The notes under the pieces were generated by a model that did no database searches, had not been told where the DNA came from, and worked only from the letters and a program-made list of their open reading frames with translations. The position numbers were made by a program, and so were the translations under genes. Positions 77,558 through 89,993 of a DNA stretch of 124,000 bases are shown here, one piece after another. Positions within the stretch are counted from its first letter, which is position 1. Each line of letters opens with the position of its first letter. Origin of the DNA: Wallemia ichthyophaga EXF-994 (taxonomy: Eukaryota > Fungi > Basidiomycota); the NCBI RefSeq assembly GCF_000400465.1, contig NW_008806282.1:20001-144000 (forward strand). The letters are read 5' to 3'.

Positions 77558-80500
77558 CTAGATGTCATCGAACTCTTCCATGTCGTCGACGTCAATACCC
77601 TTCTTCTTGAGCGCCATACGTTCCTTCTTCTTCTTTCTGAGCTCAGAGGCGTTCAATCTGGCCTGTTTCTTTTCGCTGACGATCTTGTTACCAAGGGCAT
77701 CAAACTTGTCTTCTTCATCGTCCTTCTTCTCAATCTTGGTCTTACCTTGACCTTCGACCTATAATGACGTCAGTGAGATATTTTCCAGAAAAGTGTGATA
77801 TTTCTACTTGCCCAATTATGACCTGATGCTTCCAAGTAACCGTCTCTCATTGCCCTGTGTAACGCTGTCAGTATTATTCACACTAGTAACAAGTGTCACC
77901 CACCAAACTTCGGAACAGATCGATTCGGAGAATTCTCTGTTGTGAGTGATGATCAAAACACCACCACCGAAGACCTTGAGGGCTTCAATGAGTGCTGCGA
78001 GTGACTCTCTGTCGAGATAGTTTGTTGGCTCATCCAAACAGATTACGTGTGGCTTTCTCCAGGTGGCAGCACCGAGAACAACCTTGACCTTTTGTCCACC
78101 AGAGAGACCTGCTTGGGTGTAAGAAATAGACTCTAAGATACTATATCACCATACCTCTCATGGTGTTGTGGGTGGTGAACTCTGACTCGAGACCAAAGTC
78201 CTCAAAGTGCTTCTCGATCTCCTTACGCACAAGTGGTCTCATCATACCGAGTCTCTGGGCCTCACGGGTGTCAACCTCCATGACCTTCTTCTCGAAACCT
78301 CTCTTGACGAGCTCGTCGCGAGAGAACCACATGTTGTCAGCAGAGGACATGCCCTTGAAGCCACACTCGTACTCGTAAGATTGCTTGAGCTTCTTACGGC
78401 CGACAATCTCCTCAATGTAGCGCTTCTGGCCTTCGATGATGACGACAGAGCCGTTCTTCATCTTCTCAGCCTCCTCCTCGGTGATTTGGCGCGTCTCCTT
78501 CATCATCTCCTCGAGATCCTCACCTGTCTGGTATCTCCAGAGCATGTACTCGAGTGGGGTCTTGTCGAGGTGGTTGTCGATGTGGTGGAAGGCGTGCTGG
78601 GCGACATATCCGATAACCAGGTTAGGGTGCTTCCATACCTCACCGCTAATGTTTGGCTCAATGTCACCGATGAGCAGCTTGACGAGCGTCGATTTACCCG
78701 CTCCGTTTGGTCCGAGGACGGCAACACGTGACGAGAGGGATACTTGCAGCGTTATGTCAAACAGCTGTTGCACCTTGGCGGTAGGGTACTGGAAGTTCAC
78801 CTTACGCATCTTGAGCAGCGACTTCTCCTTGGTCTTGACACCCTCCAACATTGGTGGCTCTGGGAGAATGAACTTGTACTCCTCGCTAGCGGCAATCTCG
78901 AAGAAGGACTTGGCCTCTGGGACGAGTTTAGCAAAGTTCTCGAGGTTACCTGGGTAACGCTTGATCTTGAACTTGCTCAAGTAGATGACGTCGGTGATGG
79001 TCTTGTTGAGGAACTCCGAGTCGTGGGACACAATGATGGAGGTACAGTGGGTGAGGGAGGTAAGGTAGTCAATGATCCATTGCACGTTCAACACATCCAA
79101 GTGGTTGGTTGGCTCATCGAGCAACAAGATGTCGGCCTTGAAGAGGATGGCTCTGGCCAAGGCAAGCTTCATCTTCCATCCACCAGAGAGAGAGCCGATG
79201 GACTCGTCTTGGCGCTCCTCACTGAAACCGACAGTGGCCAAACCTTGTCTGATCTCAGCTTCGTCAGCCTCAATACGCTTGTCAGCTTGGACGAATTGGA
79301 CAACAGTGGTGTCTTCCTCGCTACCGTCAATGTCGTGCTCGACGTAGAAGGTACGGACTTCGTCTGGTGATGGGAAACCTTCAACTTGACCATTTACAAT
79401 GGCTCTCATGAGAGTGGATTTACCGGTACCGTTACGACCAAGGAGACCGTATCTGTGACCTCTCTTAAGACGAAGGGTGGCGGTGTTGAGAAGAATCTTA
79501 GCACCGTAAGCCAATGAGAAGGTACAGTTACAGAGATCTTCACCCTCCTCTTCGTCAGGGAAGACGTGCTCAACCTCGGCATCGTCAGCGGAGGTCTTTT
79601 CGAGCAACTCCTTGACGACGGCCTTTGCTTGTGAGTTGACAGAGGCTGGGTCGACAGCGTTGAGTTGGAGAGAGATGAGCTGGACGAGAGCAGAAGTCCA
79701 CTCAGTTTCCTCACCGCAGCGAGCATTTGAAAGCTCTTGGCCGAGACGGGCAATGTATGCGACGAAGCAGTCGTCAGCCTTGGCGAGAGAGTCACCAGTG
79801 TTCTTGAGAGCGGCAACTAAGACATCAACAACGTGGTTGAGTTCGATGGTTTTGATTGGTGGGAGATCGGTACCATCCGAGTTTTCTGGTACGCTACCAA
79901 CTTGACGGAGCTTCTTGATAGCGCGGTTGACGACAGAACGTGCTTCTGGGTCAGCGACAGATTCCTCAATCTTGATAAGACCTGGAAGAAGCTTTGGAAG
80001 GAAAGGACGAACGATACGCTCGTTGTCGACGAGGGTGGACATGTTGTCGATAATGACAGCAGTCTTACGACGGAGAGCAGTTTGACGTTCAGCGAGACCA
80101 CGAGAGAGAAGAGGTTCCATGAGGGCAAGGGTTGGTGAGTCGACCTCAGAAACGAAAGTGGTAGCGGCCAAAACTTGGATAGTTGTTGGGACCTTTTCGA
80201 CTGGGTTGATGAGACATTCTTGGAGTGCAGGAATGAATTTTTCAATATCCTTGTTGTTGACCTGGAGTGGAATATTGGTTAGTACATCAAGATAGCCACT
80301 TCAAAACACCCTCACAAGAGAACAAAGCTTCTTCAAAGAAGAACGTGCAGCCTTCTTGACATCTGATTTGGTGTCCCACATAACTTCAGCAAGAACAGGC
80401 ATACAATCCGGCATGAGACGAGCCATTTGGTCAGGGACAGATACAACGAGCTTGTTGAGAACAGCCAAACCACCAGTCTTAATTTGCCATTTACCTGCGG

Positions 80501-80918
80501 TTCTGATTTGCTCGAGGAGTGGTGGCAAAATGAAGGCAGTGGCCCAGTTGTTCATGACTGCGACGAAATCTTCAACGGCCTTGACAGCAGCATCTCTAAC
80601 AGCATTGCTCTTATCAGCGAAAGCTTCCAAGAGAGCGCCAAAGACGTCGTGTTGGGTTGAAAGAAGGAGGTATGGCTCAACAGGAGTGAATTGGCCACCT
80701 GCGACGATAGCAGAGATCAATTCGGCTGCGCCCTGTCTAGCGGTTTCGTTCTTCTTTTCAGATAAACCGCCGAGGATAGATTCAGGGAGAGAGAGAGTGG
80801 CGACTGCAGCAGGGCCACCGTCCTTGATAACTTTTACAACAGCTTCTTGAGCTGCGTTACGCGCGGCTTTATCAGCGTTGAATATGGCTGAAGTGTCTAA
80901 CTGTCCCGGCGTAGGCAT
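77558..80918 (-). CDS. YEF3: Fungal elongation factor 3 (HEAT + tandem ABC)
   Basis: HEAT N-terminus (RTAGKWQIK), [31 protein letters not shown], chromodomain insert, LSGGQKVK, poly-Lys C-terminus; last intron is GC-AG. Confidence 0.97.
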
Positions 80919-81018
80919 TTCCTCGTGGTTCTTGGTTAAGAGAAGGTTGGAATCCAACTTGACGAGCTTGTGAGATAATTTTTTAAAATATTCCGGGAAG
81001 AGCGTGAAAACGGTGTAG

Positions 81019-81576
81019 ATGAGAGTGTACACGTATTTATTAAATAAAATACCAAAATTAAAGGACTGGTCGAGGTCAGATGCGTCTCCGGTGGCTGCTT
81101 TGGTCGGTGGAGATAAGCCCAGGCAGAAGGAAGCGAGAAGACAGGATGCTAGTGGACCAGAGAACAAGGAAATGTGGATGAGGCATGCTTCAAGGATTAA
81201 GAATAAATATCCAGATGGCTGGCAGCCAAAGAATAAGCTCAGTAGGGGAGCTATGAATGGTATAAAGGAGCTACACGATTATGATCGTGTGGAGTTTAGC
81301 GTGGAAAACTTGAGTAGGCGTTTTAAGAGATCTCCGGAGAGTATACGTAGGGTTCTCAAGAGTAATTGGGTGCCTAATCAACTCAGGGCCAGTGAGCAGA
81401 ATGAGCGAGCGGAAAGGGGAGTCACGAATGAATTAAATTCATCTCAATCATCTCGGCCGCCTCACGGTACACACGCATCTCACACTCACCCAAATCGCAA
81501 ATCATTCTCAGATAACGTAAACGCCATCAAACAATATCTATCAAAGCATCCATCAAAACACTCAAACTCAAGTTGA
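81019..81576 (+). CDS. RRG9: Rrg9/neugrin-domain mitochondrial protein
   Basis: WQPKNKLSRGAMNGIKELH...LSRRFKRSPESIRRVLKSNWVP. Confidence 0.82.
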   Translation: MRVYTYLLNKIPKLKDWSRSDASPVAALVGGDKPRQKEARRQDASGPENKEMWMRHASRIKNKYPDGWQPKNKLSRGAMNGIKELHDYDRVEFSVENLSRRFKRSPESIRRVLKSNWVPNQLRASEQNERAERGVTNELNSSQSSRPPHGTHASHTHPNRKSFSDNVNAIKQYLSKHPSKHSNSS

Positions 81577-81583
81577 ATGACTA

Positions 81584-82225
81584 TCACCAGTTATAATAAG
81601 GTACAGGGTTTATAATCTTTGGAGACTCCCTCACCACACCAGGTGATCTAGTTTTGTTGAGAATTTTCATCCACTTTTGGTCCTTTTGTTGAGATATTGA
81701 GGGGTGAGGGGTGAGTAGTATCTTAAGCCTAGACTGTGGATGCTGCTTAATACCAGTTCTCATCCTACCTTTAATATCAATTCTCTTATCAGGCGTACCT
81801 CTATTAACGTATGCTTGATTAACGACAAGGTTGTGTCTGTCAAGACCCTTGGCAATGGCATGATCTCTAGCCAGCACGAGAGTACTCTTGATTCTCTTAC
81901 TAGCCCTCTTTTCACTGAATTGCATCTGGAGAATAGCGCTATCTATTGGCTTATGGGCGATCTGTCTACCCAAATCGTTTAGTTTTTTATGAGAAATTTT
82001 AAACCAAGCGGTAGAATAGGAGTGAGAGGTGTGTGTCTGTGTTGGAATTGGTAAGGGCTTTGCAGTTGGCTGTATAAGTGAAGATGAAGTATCCTTTGGT
82101 GCTGGCTTCTCGCTCAACTCAGGCTGAGCTTCGAGCTGCTTAGAGAACTTCTGCAGCTGCTGACTAAACCAAGGGAGTTTAAATGCTGATGATCTAGTCG
82201 ACGTTGAGAATTGGCGAAGACTCAT
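81584..82225 (-). CDS. MRPL22: Mitochondrial ribosomal protein uL22m
   Basis: FKISHKKLNDLGRQIAHKPIDSAILQMQFSEKRAS, KRIDIKGR. Confidence 0.92.
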   Translation of the reverse strand: MSLRQFSTSTRSSAFKLPWFSQQLQKFSKQLEAQPELSEKPAPKDTSSSLIQPTAKPLPIPTQTHTSHSYSTAWFKISHKKLNDLGRQIAHKPIDSAILQMQFSEKRASKRIKSTLVLARDHAIAKGLDRHNLVVNQAYVNRGTPDKRIDIKGRMRTGIKQHPQSRLKILLTPHPSISQQKDQKWMKILNKTRSPGVVRESPKIINPVPYYNW

Positions 82226-82253
82226 GGGATGGTGGTTACAGACAACAACCAAG

Positions 82254-82612
82254 ATGGCGATATCGATTGGGAATATTTTCTACATTTCATTATTGCTGGT
82301 AAATTCTATTGCCATTTTAAATCAAGAGAGGTTTCTTAGTAGGAGTGCGTCGTATCCAGCCAGCCAGCCATCCCAGCTATTGACACACACTCCCAGTCGG
82401 TTGGACACAATCAAATAATATTTATCAAGATGAAAATATCAAGACGAGGCTAATTAATTTAATCTCAGCTGTTAGAACCCTGATGAGATGTGAGTCGCTA
82501 GATAGTTGGCACACTAACACACATTAACGCAAACATACACACACACACACACACAGTCCCCCTTATTATACTCAATATCATTGTAATCATTTATCAAATT
82601 ATACTCGGCTAG
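82254..82612 (+). CDS. YOS1: ER-Golgi transport protein Yos1, 3 exons
   Basis: LLLVNSIAILNQERFLSR, KTRLINLISAVRTLMR, PLIILNIIVIIYQIILG*. Confidence 0.92.
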
Positions 82613-82990
82613 TGCTTAAGTGTCGGCCAGGACAATGACCCAATTTTTCAATTTTTAGAAATATCGGGAGATAACCTGGCCTGTATTTACTCTAGCCAAT
82701 AGAGTACACGCCGTCTATCATTATCATCATAGAGGCTTTTTTTAACTCTTAAACGGCTTAAAGCATCTCTTCATCGTTTTTCTCGCTTAAAAACCCCTCT
82801 TAACGCGGCTTAACCGGGGTTAACAGGGAGTCTTTTAGTGGGAATATTCCAAGTTACAGGTTAGCTCATTAAATCACCCAATATACCTACAAAGCACCCC
82901 AAATTACCTACAAACACGCGCATCAGTAAAGACCACAAACACGCGACTGTCTTTCTTTTGTCCAACTATTCCATTTAGTCTCAAACGGCC

Positions 82991-83954
82991 ATGACGACGT
83001 TGATCACGTGTATGCTCAGCGTACTGGGTGTATTGGTATGTGCAATCGCCCGCACTATACACCCTCCTTCGGATCTGATCATTGCTGTTCCCCCGCGCAT
83101 ACCCTTTAGTTAGTTTGAGTTGAATGTCGCTGGATCTCACCTCTAACACGCAACCAGACGCGCCATTTCAATGGGGTTACTCGTTTAATGATACAAACAG
83201 CCAACTCTTCCGTTTCGATTACACTCTTGCGCGGCTAATCGCCCCGTCGGGCGAATCCTCGTCCCAGCAGCCCAATGGGACACTTGCGCGGATGTTCCCC
83301 GACAACATTGACAAAAAGAGCACGCCGTATGAATTCAAGTTGCCAGAAGGCACGCAGAGTCATTCGTCGTATGGGAAGAGACGTGCAGAGCGAGGGGAGC
83401 ACACCATGCACACCATGCACACCATGCACACCATGCAAGCGCGTTCGAGCAACATCTATACCATAGACAAACAAGCAATCAACACCACCACCCCGCTCTG
83501 TTTAACCACGACCAACACATCCACACCGAGCTACTACGAATGGCACAACGCCACTGAACCTGGCCATTGGACTGTGGAAGTGCAGTCGATCCTCCTCTAT
83601 GGCAGCAATGGCTATGAAGAGAAAGGGAATGAGACGTGCATCTCACCACCCTTCGCGTATGAACGCGTGCACTCCGAGGCTCAATTTTCAGTGTCGACAC
83701 TCGATGTTGAACAAGTGGAAAAGGAGAGCGAGACTGGGGATGGTGGCACTGCTTCCATCACCACTACCACTACCACATCCACGTATTCCCCACAGACTAG
83801 CGCTTCAGCTACGCTCGTGCACACTTCCTTCTCTCCCTCGCCTACAGGTAACATACTTGTATCGGGGTATGACAGAGATGCAGCCGCGTCACAGAATCTC
83901 ACTCTCACTCTCACTCTCCTCTCACTCTCCTTTGTTATCTTATATCTCTTGTAA
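82991..83954 (+). CDS. Secreted, probably GPI-anchored S/T-rich protein
   Basis: Signal peptide MTTLITCMLSVLGVLVCAIA; a phase-1 intron joins ORF 83124; S/T stalk; hydrophobic C-terminus AASQNLTLTLTLLSLSFVILYLL. Confidence 0.7.
83400..83435 (+). repeat. 9-bp coding repeat x4 (HTM)4
   Basis: (CACACCATG)4. Confidence 0.95.
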
Positions 83955-83986
83955 TCATATCCATTTCGTTCGTCACTACCATCATC

Positions 83987-86131
83987 ATGATGTCTAATCA
84001 GATAAACGGAGTCGCGGAGATGGGCTCGGAGATGGACAAGCGAGCGGAGATCGACGCTACTGGCCGAATGGCAGGGATGAGGGTGGACGATAGCGAGATA
84101 ACTGGCCATTTCGACAGAGATGGATGTGACGGTGGAGATGGCGACAACAACGGCGAGAACAACAACGATAATAACACCAGCAACAACGCAAACAACAGTA
84201 ACTCCACCCAGCGTCCACTCACGATAGTCTACTCGACAGAAACCGGCAATGCGCAAGACGTAGCAGAGCGATTAGGGCGACTAGGTGAGCGGTGGCGATG
84301 GGAAGTGAGGGTTTGCGAAGCGGATGAGTTCGACATCAATACTCTCCTCACAGCGCCGATAATTCTCTTCGTGCTCTCAACGACTGGCAACGGAGAGCAC
84401 AACCCCACTTTTCGCAGTCTGTGGCGGCAGCTGCTCAATTCACGTCTACCGTCGGATTTGCTGGATGGGCTGGTATATGGGGTGTTTGGGCTGGGCGACT
84501 CCTCGTATGCGCGTTTCAACTGGGCCGCTAAATCGCTCGATCGTCGGCTCGATAGTCTCGGTGCGCAGCGCGTCGTCGGCAGAGGCGATGGCGATGAGAG
84601 ACATTACATGGGATATGATGGTGTCTTTCTGCCGTGGTCCGGCGTTCTCTTCAACAACCTCAATCACCTCCTTCCCCTCCCCAAAGGCGTGGATAAGTTG
84701 GATGACGATTACCTCCCCCCACCGCGCGTCAAGATGGAGTGGCTGAATGGGAGCGGGAGTGGGAGTGGTAGTAAGAATAGCAGCTCTAGCAACACCACGA
84801 ACAACACCAACACACCACCAAATAATCCTAGCACGCCTTACACCTGCACACTTGACAGCAGCACGCGTCTCACATCCCCGTCATGGTGGCAGGATGTACG
84901 CCATCTAGTACTAAACACCCCACCCACTCTGCCCCCCTTCCGCGCCGGTGATGTAGCTGTGTTGCAGCCGCGCAACGAACCCAGCGCGATATCCAACCTC
85001 GTGCGCCAATTAGGGTGGGAGGAATGTGCGGATGAGTTATTGCTGCTTTGTGACAGGCAGTCTAGTCACTCTGATAACGCAAATCACGATACTCAAACTC
85101 ACACTACCCACCTCCCAAGCCCCCTGCAACGATACACCCACACACCCACCACACTGCGCCATCTACTCACATACCACTTATCGCCCTACGCGGTACCACG
85201 AACGACGTTCTTTGAGTACTTGGCACACTTCACCAGTAGCGACGTGGAGAGGGAGCGTCTACGTGAGTTCACCAGCGCACAAGGCGCCGATGAGCTGTAC
85301 GAGTATTGCGCACGTGTGCGCCGTACTGCCCCGGAAGTGCTCGATGACTTCAAGTCTGTTCGCATCCCGCCCCGGTATGCCCTCGACGTCTTCCCTCTTC
85401 TCCGCCCGCGCAAGTTTAGCATAGCGGGGAGCAAAAAGTCACATTCACACGCTCACGCCTCAAACCAGCTGCAGCTCTGTATCGCTCTCGTCAGGTACAA
85501 GACTAAACTGGCAAGGCCGCGCATGGGAATTTGCAGCGCTTGGTTGGAGAGTCTGAAGCAGGGCGACGAGGTGCATGTGGGCGTGGAGGAGGGGACTATT
85601 AGGGCACCGCGGCGTGTGAATGGGCATGAGGATGCGGATGAGCACGCTGATAATAACTTGACACACACACCTCCCCTTCTCCTCGTCGGGCCTGGTACTG
85701 GTGTGGCGCCGATGCGCGCACTGGTGCAAGAACGTGAGCGTGACATTCACACCCAACCAAGCGCACAAAACACCGCTCTCTATTTCGGTTGCAGATGCAG
85801 TGGAATGGACGAATTGTATGCAGATGAGATGCAGTCGCTCGCTAGGGCTGGACGGCTCCATTACCGCGTGGCGCACTCTCGCGATGACGTTCACGGTAAC
85901 AAGGAATACGTTCAGCACCTCCTCCAACAGGATGGAAAACGCGTCTATAATTGGCTCGTGGAGCGCAGCGGATATCTTTTCATTAGTGGCAGCTCGGGAC
86001 AGATGCCCAAGGGAGTTAGAAAAGCTGTCGCTAGTATCATCGAGAGGCTCGAAGGGGTGGATGAGAACACCGCGATGAGAAAAGTGGAGTATTTCGAAAG
86101 CATTGGGAGGATTGTGGAGGAGTGTTGGTAG
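83987..86131 (+). CDS. TAH18: NADPH-dependent diflavin oxidoreductase Tah18/NDOR1
   Basis: YSTETGNAQDVA, GLGDSSYARFNWAAKSL, LRPRKFSIAG, VGPGTGVAPMRA, LYFGCR, EYVQH, ISGSSGQMP, EECW*. Confidence 0.93.
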   Translation: MMSNQINGVAEMGSEMDKRAEIDATGRMAGMRVDDSEITGHFDRDGCDGGDGDNNGENNNDNNTSNNANNSNSTQRPLTIVYSTETGNAQDVAERLGRLGERWRWEVRVCEADEFDINTLLTAPIILFVLSTTGNGEHNPTFRSLWRQLLNSRLPSDLLDGLVYGVFGLGDSSYARFNWAAKSLDRRLDSLGAQRVVGRGDGDERHYMGYDGVFLPWSGVLFNNLNHLLPLPKGVDKLDDDYLPPPRVKMEWLNGSGSGSGSKNSSSSNTTNNTNTPPNNPSTPYTCTLDSSTRLTSPSWWQDVRHLVLNTPPTLPPFRAGDVAVLQPRNEPSAISNLVRQLGWEECADELLLLCDRQSSHSDNANHDTQTHTTHLPSPLQRYTHTPTTLRHLLTYHLSPYAVPRTTFFEYLAHFTSSDVERERLREFTSAQGADELYEYCARVRRTAPEVLDDFKSVRIPPRYALDVFPLLRPRKFSIAGSKKSHSHAHASNQLQLCIALVRYKTKLARPRMGICSAWLESLKQGDEVHVGVEEGTIRAPRRVNGHEDADEHADNNLTHTPPLLLVGPGTGVAPMRALVQERERDIHTQPSAQNTALYFGCRCSGMDELYADEMQSLARAGRLHYRVAHSRDDVHGNKEYVQHLLQQDGKRVYNWLVERSGYLFISGSSGQMPKGVRKAVASIIERLEGVDENTAMRKVEYFESIGRIVEECW

Positions 86132-86221
86132 AAAGAGAAATATTGGTTAAAGATGCGTCGGTAGATGAAAAGGATAAAAGTACATGCATTGCAATTTATA
86201 GATAGATACATAGTCACATAA

Positions 86222-87051
86222 TTACATACCGTGAGCTCCAAATTTAGTTAGCGTATGCACAGGGAACGGACTGTCACATGTCGAGCAGCGTTGTGGGGGA
86301 TGGCAGAAAACTGGTCAAGGTGGATTAGCAAGACAAAGAAAATTTTCAAGCACGACCCACTACTAAGACAGACAGAGCAGATGTAAGCCATATCCACGAT
86401 ACGCTTATGGCAGAAACAGGCAGCTCTGAAATCGACCTTGTCAGAGCGTGGCTGGACGAGCTTATGCCTGAGGGCGTGGTTTGGGAGGAAAGCCATGATG
86501 AGATACTGGATGAGGCTATCAATGTACTTGACTTGTATGTAGTTACCGCCGGTGAGATGCGCTGCCTGTTGAAGGAAGATGGTGTTGCTGTTATACAGCT
86601 CGCACACGTCGACGAGTATCTTAGCTTTTTGTGCAGCAAAAATCGAGTTCATGAGGCTGACGTAGTGTGAAGGGACATCATCGGAGGTAGTGATTACGAG
86701 AATGCGGAAGGAGTGGGGGGAGTCTGAGCTGGCGCTGGCTTCGTTTAGCTTCCGGTTGATGTGGCAGAGCGACTGGGCGAGAGTGGTGGCTAGCGTGGCT
86801 TTGACGGGTTTATCCGTGCGATAGAAATCCCGCACACACTCCACAAACACCTCAGAGAGCTGGCTGAAGTTTGCGTCATCTTCGTGCGTATCGAAAAGAA
86901 TCTTATTATTGAGGTGCACCGAGGCTGAATTCAAGTCGGAATTACTTAAATGCAAATTAATAAATACGAGCAGCTGCTTCAACGAAGATAGAGAAACATT
87001 TTTATTTTTCAACTCAAGGACCACGCTCAGATGGTTTGACGTGGTCGCCAT
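86222..87051 (-). CDS. TFB4: TFIIH subunit Tfb4/p34
   Basis: VFINLHL, YVSLMNSIFAAQK, FLQQAAHLTGGNY, VDFRAACFCHKRIVDMAYICSVCLS. Confidence 0.95.
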
Positions 87052-87093
87052 CGCTGTTACGGAGCAACGTCCAACACCCGGAATACGCGAGAG

Positions 87094-89754
87094 ATGAGAA
87101 TTTGGGCATTAATTCTGGCACTGATTTATACCGTCTATGCCACGAGCATCCTCAGCATCGACCTCGGCAGCGACTCGCTAAAGATTGGTCTCATCGGCAG
87201 CGGGAATCTCGACGTCGTCCTCGATAAAGACAGCTCACGGAAGCTGCAGTCGACTGTTGGCTTTAAGGGCGATGACAGACTCTTCGGTAAGCAGGCACTC
87301 CAGAACAGCAACAAAAATCCAGACACCAGCTATCCTCATCTCAAAATGCTCATTGGGAAGACTGCTGAGGCTGACAGCACACAGCGTTGGGAAGCGATAT
87401 TCCCCGCAGTAGACAACAGCGTCACTGACAGAGGCACGCTCCAGCTGCACTCGCATAAAGACGCGTATGCGATCGAAGAACTCCTGGCTATGCAATTCCA
87501 CTACGCCAGACAGCTCGCTCAGATGCAAAGTGGTGAGACTATAAAGGATGTCGTATTGACTGTGGGTAGCTAATGTGTTGTACACTTTCTCTAACTTCTT
87601 TCACAGCTCCCGCCTTACTTCTCTACCTACGAAAGACAGGCTGTGTTGGACGCAGTCAATTTGGCAGCTCTCCAGCCAATCGCTCTTATCAATGATGGCA
87701 CTGCTGTCGCCGTCAACTACGCAATGACCCGTTCGTTTGACTCTACTCCAGCTTCGTACGTTATATACGACGCAGGCGCGTCCTCACTTAGCGCAACTTT
87801 CGTTGAAATATCCTCCCACTCTCCACCCAAGAAGCGCTTCGGCAGCAAGCAGAACACTACCGAAATCAACGTTATTGGCACTGCATACGATGACAGCGTT
87901 GGTGGTGTTGACCTTGATCACCGTCTGCGCGATATCCTCGCAGACGCCTTCGAGCAGCAGCACAACCTCGACCAAAGCTGGCGAGGCAATGCACGTGCAT
88001 GGAACAAGCTTCTTGTGGAGGCTAATCGCGTCAAGCATATACTCTCCGCCAATTCAGAATCCCAGGCGACAATCGAAGGTCTGCACGATGAGCTTGATTT
88101 TAAGAGCACAGTGAGTAGGGAGCAGTTCAAGGCAGCTATCGAAGACTACCAAATGAGGTGGTCGGCGCCAATTTCTGAAGTACTCGCTAAGACTGGTAGG
88201 GGTATTGATGGTGTTGACGCTGTTATTCTTACCGGTGGTGCCTCTCGCATCCCTATCATTCAATCGCAAGTCAGAGCGTTTGTGGGCGATGACAAAATTA
88301 GCACATCTGTTAATGCAGATGAGAGTGCTGTCTTGGGTGCTGCTTTCTACGGCGCTACATTCAGTAAATCGTTCAGAACTAAACCTCTCACAGTACACGA
88401 GGCTAGCGTGTACTCAATGGAGGGTGTGGGAATGGACGTGAGTGAGCATGGCACTCTGCTTTGGAAGGAGGGCGCTTCTCTCCCAACCAACAATACCATC
88501 TCTCTCCCACCTAGAGATGCGACAGTGGTGGTAAAATACACCGCAGACTCCATTCCACACGACCAACAGGCTGCTTACATGCAGCTTAATGTGACGGGTG
88601 TGGATGGAGCGCTCGCCGAAATGAACCTCAGCTATGAAGAAGCTGCTGCTGCGAATGTGAGAGTGGATATAGGTGTGGAACACACGTCATTCTCGCTCGT
88701 TCTTCCTACCGCTGCCGAGCTCGTTGTACCTGCTCCAGCTTCGCACGACGGTCTCACAGGCAAGCTGAAAGAATGGTTTAGCGTGGGAGCAGGTGGAGCA
88801 AAAGGAGAAGAAAAGAATGAAAACGGCACTACTACAGACAGCACAACACCTACACCCCCACACGCACAAGAAAAGAGGATCAAGTTGACGCTCTCAAGTC
88901 TTCCAGCCTCGCTTCAGCCGATGACGGTGGACCTGAAGGGGGAGTCTATGAACAAGCTGATGGCGCTCAACTACGCAGAGGCAATGGAAGGGCTTCGCGA
89001 GGAGACATTCAATGGCTTTGAAAGTAAGCTGTATATGTTGAAGGCATTGATAGAGAACGTAGACGGGAAATATGACGCGTTCCATAACGCCACGCTGCCA
89101 GAGGAAATGCGAGCGCTGGAAAGTGCACACGCAACAGCACTCACATGGCTCGATGAGGAGGGATGGTCAGCTACACTGGAGCAGATTCAGAAGGAGGCGA
89201 CTAAGATTGGAGCCATCGAACAACCAGTTAAGGAACGTATTAGGAATGGGCAGGTGAAGGCAGCTGCTTTAGGTGACCTCCAGAAGGCATTGTTTGCAGG
89301 TAGGACTTTCCTCAAGGAGGCGAGAAAGAACTTGACAACCACGGATGAGTCGAGATATTCATTCAAAGAGGTCGACGAATTCGAGGCTCACCTCTTCCAG
89401 ACCGAGAACTGGCTCAGGCCGCTGATGCGCAAGGATGGAGAGGCAAAACCATGGGAAGAAGGGGCATATACGGCGACTGAGTTGGAAGTCGCTGGGAGGA
89501 GTGTACAGGATTTCTTTATGGAATTGACTGAGAGGCTGCCAAGGAAGGCTGAGGAGAGTGTTACAGAGAGTGCTACGGAGAGCAGCCAGAGCACAACATC
89601 TGCACCTGCATCTGAAGCCAGCTCCTCAGGCACTCATTCAGACAACTCTTCAGGTACTCAAGACACACCAGGCACTCCAACACCACCAAACAAAAGCAAG
89701 TCAAGTGAGTCAGGTGAGACAGAGAAAAACCACCACAGCCACGATGAACTATAA
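87094..89754 (+). CDS. LHS1: ER Hsp70-family nucleotide exchange factor Lhs1/GRP170
   Basis: Signal peptide, SIDLGSD, INDGTAVAVNYA, ILTGGASRIP, NADESAVLGA, C-terminal HDEL. Confidence 0.95.
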
Positions 89755-89993
89755 AAGAGAGATGCATTTATTTAATTTTAGATTTCATTATCAGTTGACG
89801 TGGGTTGGCATGTGATAGATACCGCAGCTGGCGAGATGTTTGGTGAATGAAGTGAATGAGTAACACACAGCAGCTGCTAGCGGTGACAAACATCCGAAAT
89901 TATTGGGGATCGTGTGATTATAATAAATCCGCGTTGGGTTTAAATTGCTCTAAACGCACTCTCACCTCAACAACCAACACGAAATAAGAAAAA

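Noticed and set aside
82790-82830. Short palindrome TTAACC-GG-GGTTAA
   Set aside because: Only a 6-bp stem; could be chance.
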